Source of the DNA: a virus
Virus record (IMG/VR): IMGVR_UViG_3300049218_000295
Coordinates: 104,949 to 168,948 of that record
Reading direction: 5' to 3' (one strand)
DNA: 64,000 nt
Part shown: positions 19,914 through 29,544 of the stretch, one piece after another
How the letters are laid out: the number at the start of each line of letters is the position of its first letter
Position numbering within the stretch: the first letter of the stretch is position 1
The notes under the pieces: generated by a model
What the model was told of the DNA's origin: nothing
Seen by the model: only the letters and a program-made list of their open reading frames with translations
Databases searched by the model: none
Position numbers and translations under genes: made by a program

Positions 19914-20408
19914 ATGAACTTGCAAGACACGATTAAAACTTATAATTGGGTTACTGCTGATGGGGGCCGTCTTAAACTAAGTGAGATGACAACCCTGCAT
20001 TTGGGTAACGTCCTCAAAATGATTTGGAACCACGTTTGTCACCGCTATAATGGCACAAAAGTAGATTTCAGCAACACCTATGGCCGGTTTACCCAGATGG
20101 CGGAAGAAGAGCCTGACAAGATGCTGGACCTCTGCATTATACTCCGTCATGCTATTGATAAGCGTCCCGATGTTTACACTCTCGACCCGTGGTACCCACA
20201 AATTGCCGCGCAACTTGCTAGTGGTCGACCAAGAGTCCGCCATGGTCAACTACTCAATGGTGCGCACACGCGGTTCAAGCCCGTGTGTGAATTCTACCGA
20301 AGTACTCGACGTGCTTTTCACGCGCATCTGGACGCAACCATAGGTGGTACCAACGGTCTCGACCTTGACAGCGAAGAATATGAAGATGAGTTCGACGGCC
20401 CTTATTGA
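19914..20408 (+). CDS. Hypothetical protein
   Basis: 164 aa, AAGGA SD. Confidence 0.65.
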   Translation: MNLQDTIKTYNWVTADGGRLKLSEMTTLHLGNVLKMIWNHVCHRYNGTKVDFSNTYGRFTQMAEEEPDKMLDLCIILRHAIDKRPDVYTLDPWYPQIAAQLASGRPRVRHGQLLNGAHTRFKPVCEFYRSTRRAFHAHLDATIGGTNGLDLDSEEYEDEFDGPY

Positions 20409-22084
20409 AGCTGCATGATGAACAAAGTCTGGACACTGCTTGGGGTGACTTCTTGTCCGTGGACAAAAATGGTGTCCCCATACGAAGTCATTTGACTCGT
20501 TGCATAGTAAACCGTATCGCCACTGATGTAGCCCGGTGGCAAGATCGGGTAAATGGTGCCGCTAGTACCGAAGCTGGTAACGACCTGAACAACATGACTA
20601 GCATTATTTAGCACTTGCACTTTGGTCATGTAATATTTCAAATCCGAGAAATCAAAGTTCGAATATACTACAATAAAAGTGTCCAACGAAAGCGGAACAA
20701 ACTTGGGGAAAACATTTGATGGAAGTACTGTTGATTCGTAATTAACCGACAACGTCGGGTCATAAACATAAAAATTGCCAGTATTGCTGACAAGGGTCAT
20801 GTAGCCAGTGCTGGTAACATAGTAATCAGTTACCATCAGTCCACTTGCTCCCACTTCGAGCGAGTAAATTTGACCACCGATAGTCGGGCTATTCAGCACA
20901 TACTGTAGGTTGGCACCGGTATTGTTTTGCACTACCGCCGCCGAACCGTACCAACCCTGAGAACCAACATAAAAACGCGGTGACCAATAGATTGAGAACG
21001 GGCTACTAACTTGGCCCGCTTGCATTGAGAAAGGAGCTTGCAAAGTGTTGGCCGAACCATCAGCATTCAGTGTTGCAAACACCAAGTCAATCGAGGTGTC
21101 GGCGTTCTGTCTGTAGCCACCTTGGTAAACGATGCCATTGTATTCAGCGATGACATTGGCGACCCAAACTGCCCCATAAGACTGGAAGGCCAATCCATTC
21201 GTGCCGAACCCTGATAGCGGGTTGCCGTTCAGATCACAGGCGTAGACAAAGGAATTTGCAGCCTGCCAGTCCCCGAAGCTGTCAATCGAAATTGCATAAT
21301 TTCCAAGGACATAAACGTTGCCGTCCGAACCCACCGTAAATGACTGGATATTAACCCAGTTGTTAACAAAGTCAAGTCCCGCAGGGTTCGGAGAGAATGA
21401 ATTCAGCAAATTTCCAGAGCTATCATAAACCTGGAAGTTGATAGCTTGAACGCCTGGTGGTGCATTAGGTGGAGCACCATTAACACCGCTGCCGTTGGTG
21501 TTTTCCATAGCAATAATTCCGCCGGAGGGCGCGGGAAGAGCCAGGTTGATGACACCCGAGCCGCTGGCTGTATAGTTAATACGGCCACCGGTCCCCCAAG
21601 CAGTATTGGGGGTCCCTGCAAAAGGAGAATATGCGGGAACAGGATGGGAGAGTTGGGTGCCGTTGTTGCCGGTGTAGATAATTGGAACCAAATATTGAGT
21701 GCCCTGAATAGTGGCATTCAGAATGTATAGGTTCAGGTTTGGAATGTTTGAAAATTGAAGAAGTACCCAGGACTGAACCTGAGTCTTAAAGTTGTCGAAG
21801 CTCGAGAGGTCCCAGCCGAGGCCGGTCCATGCCGAGGCCGCGAAATCGCTCGCTGCCTGCAAAGGCTGAGTTGTGTCCTGCATAAGAACACTGGACATAA
21901 GCTGTCCTTGACTAATAGCCGTGTTCGGGCCGCCACCGTTATTATTCAATCCAATCGGATCGAGAATGCAATAATCATTACCAGACTGTGGCCCCGTTTC
22001 TAGCCCGACGACAACGAACACGTCGCCAGAAATCGACCAGTTATTAGGCTCAAGGTCACGGTAGAAAATATTTGTCACAGACAT
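20402..22084 (-). CDS. Beta-propeller-like virion/receptor-binding protein
   Basis: G/S/N/T/Y-rich; DLNGNPLSGFGTNG and TSFGTSG delta-60-like repeats. Confidence 0.55.
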   Translation of the reverse strand: MSVTNIFYRDLEPNNWSISGDVFVVVGLETGPQSGNDYCILDPIGLNNNGGGPNTAISQGQLMSSVLMQDTTQPLQAASDFAASAWTGLGWDLSSFDNFKTQVQSWVLLQFSNIPNLNLYILNATIQGTQYLVPIIYTGNNGTQLSHPVPAYSPFAGTPNTAWGTGGRINYTASGSGVINLALPAPSGGIIAMENTNGSGVNGAPPNAPPGVQAINFQVYDSSGNLLNSFSPNPAGLDFVNNWVNIQSFTVGSDGNVYVLGNYAISIDSFGDWQAANSFVYACDLNGNPLSGFGTNGLAFQSYGAVWVANVIAEYNGIVYQGGYRQNADTSIDLVFATLNADGSANTLQAPFSMQAGQVSSPFSIYWSPRFYVGSQGWYGSAAVVQNNTGANLQYVLNSPTIGGQIYSLEVGASGLMVTDYYVTSTGYMTLVSNTGNFYVYDPTLSVNYESTVLPSNVFPKFVPLSLDTFIVVYSNFDFSDLKYYMTKVQVLNNASHVVQVVTSFGTSGTIYPILPPGYISGDTVYYATSQMTSYGDTIFVHGQEVTPSSVQTLFIMQLQ

Positions 22085-22155
22085 TTGAACACCTCGCAAA
22101 AGAAAGATAACATGATGTGACGCGTAATGGCATCACATTGTAGTACCTAAAGTCA

Positions 22156-22632
22156 TCACAGCAAAATAAACGCCATCTGCCGAGTGTAACGATTTGCAAA
22201 CTCGTTGTGCCAACGGCACTTGAATTCTGATATTGTGAGTTTGAGGTACCGGGCTACAAAAGGGTCCATAAAGTAGACATGAGTGTCTGTGACCTTCATC
22301 GGGTTAATGTAGTGCCCAGAATCAAAGGAATTGCAGTTCAAATAAGGAAACTCTTCTTCGCCCCAAAGCTGCACTGCTGCGATCACCTGGCACCCATTTT
22401 CGAGACATTCTTGCATCTCTTCGAGTTCCAAAGGGCTCCGATAAAGATAAGGAATTTTGTAGTGGTTGCACGCTGCAACAATCCCCGAGGACGAGGTACC
22501 AATTCCGGGACGAGTCCCCATAAGTACCATGAGTTCCTTCTGATCCGCCACAATACCCCGGTCCGCAACTGCTGCCTGAAATGCAGCGGCGGCACATGCG
22601 TAATCCGTGATTTGTTGGATGGGAGGTATCAT
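22156..22632 (-). CDS. C39-family cysteine peptidase
   Basis: QQITDYACAAA (Q..C), GHY, MDP. Confidence 0.85.
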   Translation of the reverse strand: MIPPIQQITDYACAAAAFQAAVADRGIVADQKELMVLMGTRPGIGTSSSGIVAACNHYKIPYLYRSPLELEEMQECLENGCQVIAAVQLWGEEEFPYLNCNSFDSGHYINPMKVTDTHVYFMDPFVARYLKLTISEFKCRWHNEFANRYTRQMAFILL

Positions 22633-22645
22633 AATGGAAAGATAA

Positions 22646-22670
22646 GGGTCCCGAAATTACTCGGGACCCC
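22646..22670 (-). terminator. Stem-loop after the HNH gene
   Basis: GGGTCCCGAG-TAAT-TTCGGGACCC followed by T-rich tract. Confidence 0.6.
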
Positions 22671-22677
22671 AAGCTAC

Positions 22678-23217
22678 CTACCCAAATTCCAGTTCAGCAT
22701 CCCAGTAGAGATAGTTTCTCCAGGATTCCGGGGTGTTGTTCTTGATTCGGATAATCATATTCGGTGACCACTTCGGCTTGATAGGCTCCTTGATGAGCCT
22801 CATTCCAGCCTCAGCGGGAGTACGGCCACCCTTTTTGCGATTGCACGGTACGCAAGCCGTCACGATGTTTTCCCATGACTTCTTGCTGGCCGGAGTGTTG
22901 GTACACTTCGGAATGACGTGGTCGAAAGTGAGTTCTTCGGACTTTTTCTTCTTGCCACAGTATTGACATTTCCACTTGTCGCGGAAGAAAATATTGTAGC
23001 GCGAGAATTTCACCTTATTCTTGTTACGGACCATGGATACAAGAAGTCTCAGAACGCTCGGGAGCTTGAAGCTCATCTTTTCCGAACGAATGAGCACGTC
23101 ATCATACTCATGCACGATTTCCGCTTCTCCGGAAAGGAGATAGCCTACGGCCTTCGTCCAGTCAACTACACTATGCGGTTGGAACCCTTGGTCCAACACT
23201 AATACTTGCCACGACAT
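22678..23217 (-). CDS. HNH endonuclease (McrA-like)
   Basis: RD.WKCQYCG, TFDHVIP, WENIVTAC..CN.KK. Confidence 0.92.
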   Translation of the reverse strand: MSWQVLVLDQGFQPHSVVDWTKAVGYLLSGEAEIVHEYDDVLIRSEKMSFKLPSVLRLLVSMVRNKNKVKFSRYNIFFRDKWKCQYCGKKKKSEELTFDHVIPKCTNTPASKKSWENIVTACVPCNRKKGGRTPAEAGMRLIKEPIKPKWSPNMIIRIKNNTPESWRNYLYWDAELEFG

Positions 23218-23232
23218 ACACCCTCCTTTCAA

Positions 23233-23823
23233 CTAGAGTTTGGCAAATTCCTCTGAGGCTTTTTTCCAGTTAAGAAAAGTCCAGAGGTTCAACAGATAAG
23301 ATTTACGGTCAGCGGGGTAGTCCCCATTATATGCATGTTCCCAAGCGTCGACAACAAGCAGAGGGTAGAAACCCTCAATAAGCGGGTTCATCGCGTTCAT
23401 TGTGGTCTCGACATAAAGACGGCGTTCCGAGTCGGCAAAGAACCAGAGCCAACCGGAGCCAAAGAGCTTGCTCCCTTTATCAAGATAGGCCTGGCGTAAG
23501 TCGCCGGGGAACTCTTTAATGGCCTGTACCAGGGGTCCGGTTGGAATCGAAGGCTCCGGTGAGAGGCTTTGCCAATAGAAATCGTGGTTCCAAACTTGGG
23601 CCGCCTGATTGAAGATGGCATGTTCTTCGGGCCGAGGAGCCGTGCAGGTGGTGAGCATAATGGTTTCGAGAGTTTGGTTCTCCAACGGAGACCCCACCAA
23701 CAGCTCGTTGAGTTTCTTGATGTAGCCCGCGTGGTTCTTGTGGTAATGGTAGTCCACCGTCTGCTTGCTGATGGCAGGTTCCAGGGCATCTTTGGGATAG
23801 GGCAAGGGTTTAAGTTCGAACAT
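23233..23823 (-). CDS. Fe/Mn superoxide dismutase
   Basis: LPY..DALEP, HY.KNH..Y, QVWNHDFYW, FGSGW, DAWEHAY. Confidence 0.95.
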   Translation of the reverse strand: MFELKPLPYPKDALEPAISKQTVDYHYHKNHAGYIKKLNELLVGSPLENQTLETIMLTTCTAPRPEEHAIFNQAAQVWNHDFYWQSLSPEPSIPTGPLVQAIKEFPGDLRQAYLDKGSKLFGSGWLWFFADSERRLYVETTMNAMNPLIEGFYPLLVVDAWEHAYNGDYPADRKSYLLNLWTFLNWKKASEEFAKL

Positions 23824-23841
23824 AGTATTAAGATAAGAAAG

Positions 23842-23919
23842 TGGTGCCTCCGGTCGGAATCGAACCGACAACACACAAGGTTTGAGCTTGCGTCCTCTAC
23901 CAAATTGGGATACGGAGGC
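23842..23919 (-). tRNA. tRNA-Leu(CAA), short variable loop
   Basis: Loop CTCAAAC, 5-nt variable region, ACCA. Confidence 0.88.
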
Positions 23920-23929
23920 GCTGATAAAA

Positions 23930-24007
23930 TGGTACTCCCCGGTCGGATTCGAACCGACAACTCTCAGTTCTTAAGACTGATGCCACTACCAGTTAGGCTA
24001 CGGGAGC
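23930..24007 (-). tRNA. tRNA-Leu(TAA), short variable loop
   Basis: Loop CTTAAGA, ACCA. Confidence 0.88.
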
Positions 24008-24015
24008 ATAGGAAA

Positions 24016-24933
24016 TTATAATGACCCGAAGTTGACTTGAGTAAGTAGGGTGTTAATTTCACTGTAGTCAATCACCCAGTTCGACGTCGAGACCGAGTAG
24101 CTCGCCGAGCCACTGAAAGTAAAAGCGCCAGGGCTTGCTGCTGCGGTTGCCGCCGAGGACAAAGTGAAACTACTTGCACTTGTGATGGCAGAAACGGTGG
24201 TACTGTTGGCAATCTGCGAGCCTGAAACACCTAAACCAACAAAAAGACTAGAAAGGTTGGACGGAGTCACACCGGTTACTTGATAGGCGGAGGGGTTGGT
24301 ACTGAATGTGATGGTAGTAGAGCCGCTGGTGGTCGCAGCACCAGAAAGTACTATGTTGTTGTTATCTACGATGTTGAGAATAGCAGCTCCCGAAGGCAAG
24401 CCTACTCCGTTGGCTGTCATACCAACTTCCAAAGAAGCAGTAGATGAAAGGCCTGAAACCGTTGACGTTCCGTTTAAGGTCCCAGTTAGCACAATCGTTG
24501 GTGAACTCAATATTCCGTTGTAAGTCCGGGTTTGGTTCGCAGACAGTTGTAAACTGCTACTGCTCGGGATGGAGAGGACAGTGGTGCCAGAAGTAATACC
24601 TACCCCAGTAAGCGCCATACCTACCAAAACTGAGGCTGTTGAAGTAATTCCTGTAAGCAAATTCGAACCATCGGTCCCCGTGGCGGTAAACGTCGAATCA
24701 TATTTTGTTGCTAAAGCCGTGGAAATTACTCCTATAAGAAAGTCGTAGTAATCACTGCCAGGCAGAAACGACTTTGCAGTTTGGACCAAAGTGTAATCAA
24801 CGGACCCAGAACTTGTAAGAACCGGTTCCCCAGTCCCCGCACCAGCCAGCCAGCCATTGATGACAATGTTGGTGTCATTAGGTGCTTGTTCTAGCTTAAA
24901 ATCTTTGATTCGCCAGGTGTAACCTGTTGACAT
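24016..24933 (-). CDS. Ser/Thr-rich repeat virion/fibre protein
   Basis: Three internal repeats of type LxVGMxxxGxGxxSGTTVxxI. Confidence 0.6.
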   Translation of the reverse strand: MSTGYTWRIKDFKLEQAPNDTNIVINGWLAGAGTGEPVLTSSGSVDYTLVQTAKSFLPGSDYYDFLIGVISTALATKYDSTFTATGTDGSNLLTGITSTASVLVGMALTGVGITSGTTVLSIPSSSSLQLSANQTRTYNGILSSPTIVLTGTLNGTSTVSGLSSTASLEVGMTANGVGLPSGAAILNIVDNNNIVLSGAATTSGSTTITFSTNPSAYQVTGVTPSNLSSLFVGLGVSGSQIANSTTVSAITSASSFTLSSAATAAASPGAFTFSGSASYSVSTSNWVIDYSEINTLLTQVNFGSL

Positions 24934-24936
24934 ACT

Positions 24937-25356
24937 TTAGCCTATTCTAATTCTAAGAGATTCGAGAATTGCATCCAGACTCGCCAGGACCTGTTCCTGA
25001 GTTTCGATAAAACCATCTCGGCTATCGACCGAGGCCTGGGTTGGGAATTGAGTAGATTGTGCGGCTTTAGCTAAGACTTGTGCGTTAGCCTGCATCTTAG
25101 CAACATCCTTTCGGATTTGTTCGCGGAGGTCAAGATTTTGTTTGACCAAAGAAGCAAGCTTTGGGTTCCGAGCGCACCATTCAGAATATTCTAGAATCGA
25201 AGTTCCGAGAGTATTAGGTCGCTGAATAGTTTCAAGCTCGACTTGAAGAATTGACTCCACGTCCGATTTGTTCGCTTTACCATCCTTAAAACGGACCCCA
25301 AGCTCCTCAAGAGCTGCCACTACCCGCTGCTTTTTGAACCCTACGGTACGTGCCAT
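24937..25356 (-). CDS. Hypothetical protein (N-terminus similar to 61878..62441)
   Basis: 139 aa; ALEELGV..KDGKANKSDV. Confidence 0.65.
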   Translation of the reverse strand: MARTVGFKKQRVVAALEELGVRFKDGKANKSDVESILQVELETIQRPNTLGTSILEYSEWCARNPKLASLVKQNLDLREQIRKDVAKMQANAQVLAKAAQSTQFPTQASVDSRDGFIETQEQVLASLDAILESLRIRIG

Positions 25357-25622
25357 ATGGGGAGAAAATAACCTTGTCTTATCCAGGACTAAAAATTTGG
25401 ATGGCCTATTTTCGCATCAGGATTAGCCTCCAGCCGCTCGAAACAATACCCAAACAATACAAAATGTATTACGCGCGGCTTCCTGATTTTGGCGAAGCCC
25501 AAAACTTGGCTCTACACACTGCATCCTCATTCAATGGGGGAACGGTGCATGACGTGGCAGAAGTTTCCTTTGACGATTTGGTCGAAGAGGTTAAAGAAGC
25601 AAGCTTTATCTACCTCGAATAA

Positions 25623-25697
25623 TGGTCCGCCAGACAGGAATTGAACCTGTTAATAGTAGCTCCGGAAGCTATTGCCGATCCATTTGGCTTCTGGCGG
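25623..25697 (-). tRNA. tRNA-Arg(CCG)
   Basis: Loop TTCCGGA, ACCA. Confidence 0.85.
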
Positions 25698-26279
25698 TCA
25701 GATATAGGCGATGCCGAACCGGACGACAGTGACTGGGTGGATGGTGTTGTGGCCAGCACCGGCAACTCCGCTGCTACTGCCATTATCGGTAGTGAAAGAA
25801 TGGTAGTGGTTTGCGGTTTGGCCTGAAGTATAGTTATATGTGGCATTGCCACCATCACGACCAAAACCTGGTGGCGGCTGGTTGTTGCTCAAATTGGCAT
25901 AGTCATCTTGGTAGGTGACAAAATAGTGGGTGTGGTCGGCAGACTCGTACCCGGTGTTACCGCTGTGGGTGTGCAAGGCCAATTCACCTGCACTTAGAGT
26001 ATGGTCCTCTTCTCCGAGAAGCTGCGCCAAAGTTCGAGCGCTAAGGCCCGACCCTTGGCCATCACCCATCGGGGAGCGGCTTCTAAGGTCGGGGACGTTA
26101 AAATTACTACCGCTTCCGCCCCAGGTGTAGCCAATCGCCGCGAAAAGATAGGGGTAGGCCGTAGTCAAATAGGAACTACCATCGCAGAGAAGAACCCCTG
26201 GAGGCAAAGCATCTTGGCCAATCTTTATGATTTGCCCGATAGCAGAGCCCGAATTATCTATTCCTCGAATGCGTGGCAT
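25698..26279 (-). CDS. Phage tail-collar domain protein (short fibre)
   Basis: P.G.LLCDGS.Y....YP.LFAAIG.TWGG....FNVPDLR; HTH repeats. Confidence 0.9.
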   Translation of the reverse strand: MPRIRGIDNSGSAIGQIIKIGQDALPPGVLLCDGSSYLTTAYPYLFAAIGYTWGGSGSNFNVPDLRSRSPMGDGQGSGLSARTLAQLLGEEDHTLSAGELALHTHSGNTGYESADHTHYFVTYQDDYANLSNNQPPPGFGRDGGNATYNYTSGQTANHYHSFTTDNGSSSGVAGAGHNTIHPVTVVRFGIAYI

Positions 26280-26303
26280 GCAACTAAAATAAGATGGTCC
26301 TGG

Positions 26304-26879
26304 TCAAATGTAGACAATTCCGAAATGTACTATAGCTACTGGATGGACTGTATTGTGTGCCAACCCATCCACTCCGTCCCCGCTACCAGTGGTGAATGAA
26401 TGATAGTGGGGTGCCGATGGCGGCGAAGTATAGTTATAGACCGCTGGTGCTCCATCACGACCGAAACCAGGCGGTGGCTGATTGTTGGTAAGGTTGGCAT
26501 AATCATCCTGATATGTTACAAAATAGTGAGTGTGGTCCGCCGATTCGTACCCAGTACTACCACTGTGAGTATGGTACTCAAGCTCAGAAGCTGCTAAAGT
26601 GTGGCTTTCCTCTCCTGAAGTTTGGCCTAGGGTGCGCAGACTGAGACTTGCACCTTGGCCATCACCCATCGGAGTCCGGCTGCGAAGATCTGGGACGTTA
26701 AAATTACTACCGCTTCCGCCCCAGGTGTAACCAATCTTGGCAAAGAGATAAGGATAGGTTGCAATCGAGTAAGAACTTCCATCGCAAAGTATTACTCCCG
26801 GAGGCAGGTCGCTTTGCCCTACCTGAATTATCTGTCCGATAGTTAATCCAGTCCGGTCGATTTTGGGAATCCGTGGCAT
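26304..26879 (-). CDS. Phage tail-collar domain protein (paralog)
   Basis: Same motifs; tandem duplicate of 25698..26279. Confidence 0.9.
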   Translation of the reverse strand: MPRIPKIDRTGLTIGQIIQVGQSDLPPGVILCDGSSYSIATYPYLFAKIGYTWGGSGSNFNVPDLRSRTPMGDGQGASLSLRTLGQTSGEESHTLAASELEYHTHSGSTGYESADHTHYFVTYQDDYANLTNNQPPPGFGRDGAPAVYNYTSPPSAPHYHSFTTGSGDGVDGLAHNTVHPVAIVHFGIVYI

Positions 26880-26892
26880 ACTCCAAAAATAA

Positions 26893-26963
26893 TGGTGCCC
26901 CCACCCGGAGTCGAACTGGGCGCTAACGCCTTAGAAGAGCATGGCGGCATCCTTGCTGGGGGC
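26893..26963 (-). tRNA. tRNA-Arg(TCT), reduced D-arm
   Basis: Acceptor GCCCCCA/TGGGGGC, loop CTTCTAA, T-loop TTCGACT, ACCA; 71 nt. Confidence 0.7.
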
Positions 26964-26980
26964 AAAGTTATTTTGTCAGT

Positions 26981-27547
26981 GTGCCAAAGATTAAAGGTAT
27001 TGATATTTCTGGCTACGCAGTGGGGCAAATGATTGACATTAGCTCAACTACTTTGCCGTTTGGAACTCTCGCTTGCGATGGTTCAGCCTATTCAACAGCA
27101 GCCTATCCCTCACTGTTTGCTGCAATACAGTACACCTATGGTGGTTCAGGCGGGAGCTTCAATGTGCCGAATTGCCAACGCAAAACGCTAGTTGGTTCTG
27201 GCGGCACCGGAACTTCGGAGCTAGGAAGCACCGTCGGAAGTTCGGGCGGCGAGGAATCTCATCTGCTGTTGGCAGCGGAATCCGGAATGCCAAGCCACTA
27301 CCATACCATTACCGATCCTTCACATGGGCACAGTCTCTCTAACTCGGTCTCGGGGAACACTGGGAATACAAACGACAACACGGCCAATGTGACGGCAGTT
27401 AATAGGTACGGTCTCATCGAGAACATTGTTGCCAACAACAACTATACGGGAATTACCGTGAATTATGCTGCGGCGGAAAATGCTAGTTCCTATCACAACA
27501 ACATTCAGCCATCTTTGGTAGTTACCAAAGCTATTGCCTATATCTAA
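26981..27547 (+). CDS. Phage tail-collar domain protein (third paralog)
   Basis: PFGTLACDGS..YPSLFAAI...FNVP; HNNIQP C-terminus. Confidence 0.9.
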   Translation: MPKIKGIDISGYAVGQMIDISSTTLPFGTLACDGSAYSTAAYPSLFAAIQYTYGGSGGSFNVPNCQRKTLVGSGGTGTSELGSTVGSSGGEESHLLLAAESGMPSHYHTITDPSHGHSLSNSVSGNTGNTNDNTANVTAVNRYGLIENIVANNNYTGITVNYAAAENASSYHNNIQPSLVVTKAIAYI

Positions 27548-27555
27548 AAACTCTT

Positions 27556-28326
27556 ATGGTCTACGGTAATCAACCACTATTCAACCCCGGTGACCTTTTC
27601 GCTATTGGTGATGTTCATGGTGACGCCGATAAACTCAGGGACCTGCTCGCGATTATTGAACCAAAGTTCACTTCAACCACACATCTTGTTTTCTGTGGTG
27701 ACCTTTTTGATGTTGGTCCAAATGTTATTGGAGTCTGGGAAATAGTAATTCGGCTTCGCAAGCAATATCCCGGACAAATCTATATTGTCATGGGGAACCA
27801 TGAAATTATGCTCATGATGTACCTGGCTGGTCGAGATATGGTTTGGTCATGGGGGCAGCGATGGGGCAAGACTTTCCTGGCGCAAACTTTAGCACAGTGG
27901 GGTTCTGGTGAGCAAGCCTTCATCGCCGATGAGTTTAAAAAGCGCGGGTATGGCGAAGTCCTAGTGGACCTGCTACCCTATTACGAAACTCCCGAAGTTC
28001 TAGTTACCCACGCTGCCTTGGAAAAACACCGAGTTGACAGTGTTGGTGGTCTGGATGAAGAGACCCAAGAAGGCTTTCTGGCTCGCATGAGCGAAGATAG
28101 TCTTTATTGGAACTTTGTGGATGAAGTTACCAGTTGGAGCGGCCCCCCTCGTATTCCGGAACTCAAAAAATATCTTATTAATGGGCATCAGCGCAGTCAT
28201 GGCAATCGACCACGGCAATACGCTGGTCGTTGCTTTTTGGATACGGGATGTGGATACAAACCCACTTCGCCGTTAGCGGCGGTTCATTATCCGACCAAGA
28301 AAATTTTCTTATCAAGTGATAAATGA
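27556..28326 (+). CDS. Metallophosphoesterase (Ser/Thr phosphatase-like)
   Basis: GDVHG, GDLFD.G, GNHE, THA, GH, DTG. Confidence 0.9.
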   Translation: MVYGNQPLFNPGDLFAIGDVHGDADKLRDLLAIIEPKFTSTTHLVFCGDLFDVGPNVIGVWEIVIRLRKQYPGQIYIVMGNHEIMLMMYLAGRDMVWSWGQRWGKTFLAQTLAQWGSGEQAFIADEFKKRGYGEVLVDLLPYYETPEVLVTHAALEKHRVDSVGGLDEETQEGFLARMSEDSLYWNFVDEVTSWSGPPRIPELKKYLINGHQRSHGNRPRQYAGRCFLDTGCGYKPTSPLAAVHYPTKKIFLSSDK

Positions 28327-28328
28327 GG

Positions 28329-28404
28329 TGGTACGGGTGGAGTGACTCGAACACTCTGTCTTTGCCTTATGAGAGCAACGCTTTGCCAGTTAAGCTACAC
28401 CCGC
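28329..28404 (-). tRNA. tRNA-Met/Ile2(CAT)
   Basis: Loop CTCATAA, ACCA. Confidence 0.88.
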
Positions 28405-28970
28405 ACATTACGGGTCTCAAAAGAGACCCAAGCAGTAATGATGTATTTGTCGGTCTTTGGCGGCAAGCCAGTATGAAGATGGGTCCAAAAAGGCGGAAAG
28501 AAAAGAAGTTTTCCAGATTCAGGCTTGACCTTTAACTGTTGGTACCGGAATTCGGTTTCGCCCTCTTCCACATCATTTAGATAAAAAATGATAGAAAGCT
28601 GGCGACTGTGGCCAGCCATATAGTCCGCATGCTCCACATATCCAATCGCTCCGGGTTTGGTATGCTGGATTTGGTAGCCGGTGTCACCGAGCTTATAAGA
28701 ATTCAAGCCCCGAAATCGTTCTGTAAAGCCATAGACCCTCGGAGCAAGGATTTCGTGAAGCTTCTTATCGATATCACCCCAACCAGACTGCTGCGAAACA
28801 CACAAGTCAGTAGAATCTTTAATAGAGGCGTCATTCTTATAGTTTAGACCAACAAACCCCTGATGTTTTCGAGGGTCCATTTCAAAGCGTCGAATGATGT
28901 CGCTGCACAATTCAGCGGACAGTACCTTCTCTTCGGCAAAAATAAACGAACCCGGTTGTATCTCTTCCAT
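28395..28970 (-). CDS. 2OG-Fe(II) oxygenase
   Basis: HAD, IFYLNDVEEG.T.F, FPPFWTHLH, KYI. Confidence 0.88.
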   Translation of the reverse strand: MEEIQPGSFIFAEEKVLSAELCSDIIRRFEMDPRKHQGFVGLNYKNDASIKDSTDLCVSQQSGWGDIDKKLHEILAPRVYGFTERFRGLNSYKLGDTGYQIQHTKPGAIGYVEHADYMAGHSRQLSIIFYLNDVEEGETEFRYQQLKVKPESGKLLFFPPFWTHLHTGLPPKTDKYIITAWVSFETRNVRV

Positions 28971-29037
28971 TAGTCCTGCCTAGTGCATCATGTATACGTT
29001 CAATTGCGGTGTGACTCACATTTGGTTTTTTAAGAGA

Positions 29038-29130
29038 TGGTACTCCCGGAGAGAGTTGAACTCTCAACCAACACCCATCTAGTGCTTGAAGGATTTATAA
29101 GATCCTGGCTCGGAACCACCGAACGGGAGT
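29038..29130 (-). tRNA. tRNA-Ile(TAT) with long variable arm and compact D-arm
   Basis: Acceptor ACTCCCG/CGGGAGT, loop CTTATAA, about 24-nt variable arm, ACCA; 93 nt. Confidence 0.75.
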
Positions 29131-29316
29131 AGACTATATACTTGCGCAGGGCGCAAGCGAGTGCTAAAAGGGATTATCGCGTACGGGTGAAGGTACCATT
29201 TTGGCCCTATCCGAACGCTCCATACATTGGTTGCCGAGCTACGGCTTGGTGTCGTCCCTTCCTGAGGATGTTAGATCTCACGATACCGTGGCAACCTACA
29301 ACAATGAAGGGTTTAT

Positions 29317-29544
29317 ATGTTCCGGCTCGTTTCCTTACAACCTGAAGACCTAGAAATAACACCTTACACATCTTCCAGCGGTCAGAGTTCACTCCGCATT
29401 TTCCACAAACCTACTACGCTACTTGTGCAAGATGAAAGTGGGGCAGACTACCACAAGACGCGGGACCGTCTCTTGAAAGAACTCGACCAAAAAGTCCAGG
29501 AGCGGCAACGACAGCAAAGCTGTGGTGATATAGTTGCAGGATGA
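29317..29544 (+). CDS. Small protein, weakly release-factor-domain-like
   Basis: SSLRIFHKPTTLLVQ resembles AVRITHLPTGIVV, but no GGQ (SGQ present). Confidence 0.4.
   Translation: MFRLVSLQPEDLEITPYTSSSGQSSLRIFHKPTTLLVQDESGADYHKTRDRLLKELDQKVQERQRQQSCGDIVAG

Noticed and set aside
26893-26963. Third amber suppressor
   Set aside because: The best stem ATGCT/GGCGT gives loop CTTCTAA, anticodon TCT.
25698-27547. Diversity-generating retroelement or invertible tail-fibre switch
   Set aside because: Differences between paralogs are spread over all bases, largely at synonymous positions. No reverse transcriptase, invertase or flanking inverted repeats were seen.
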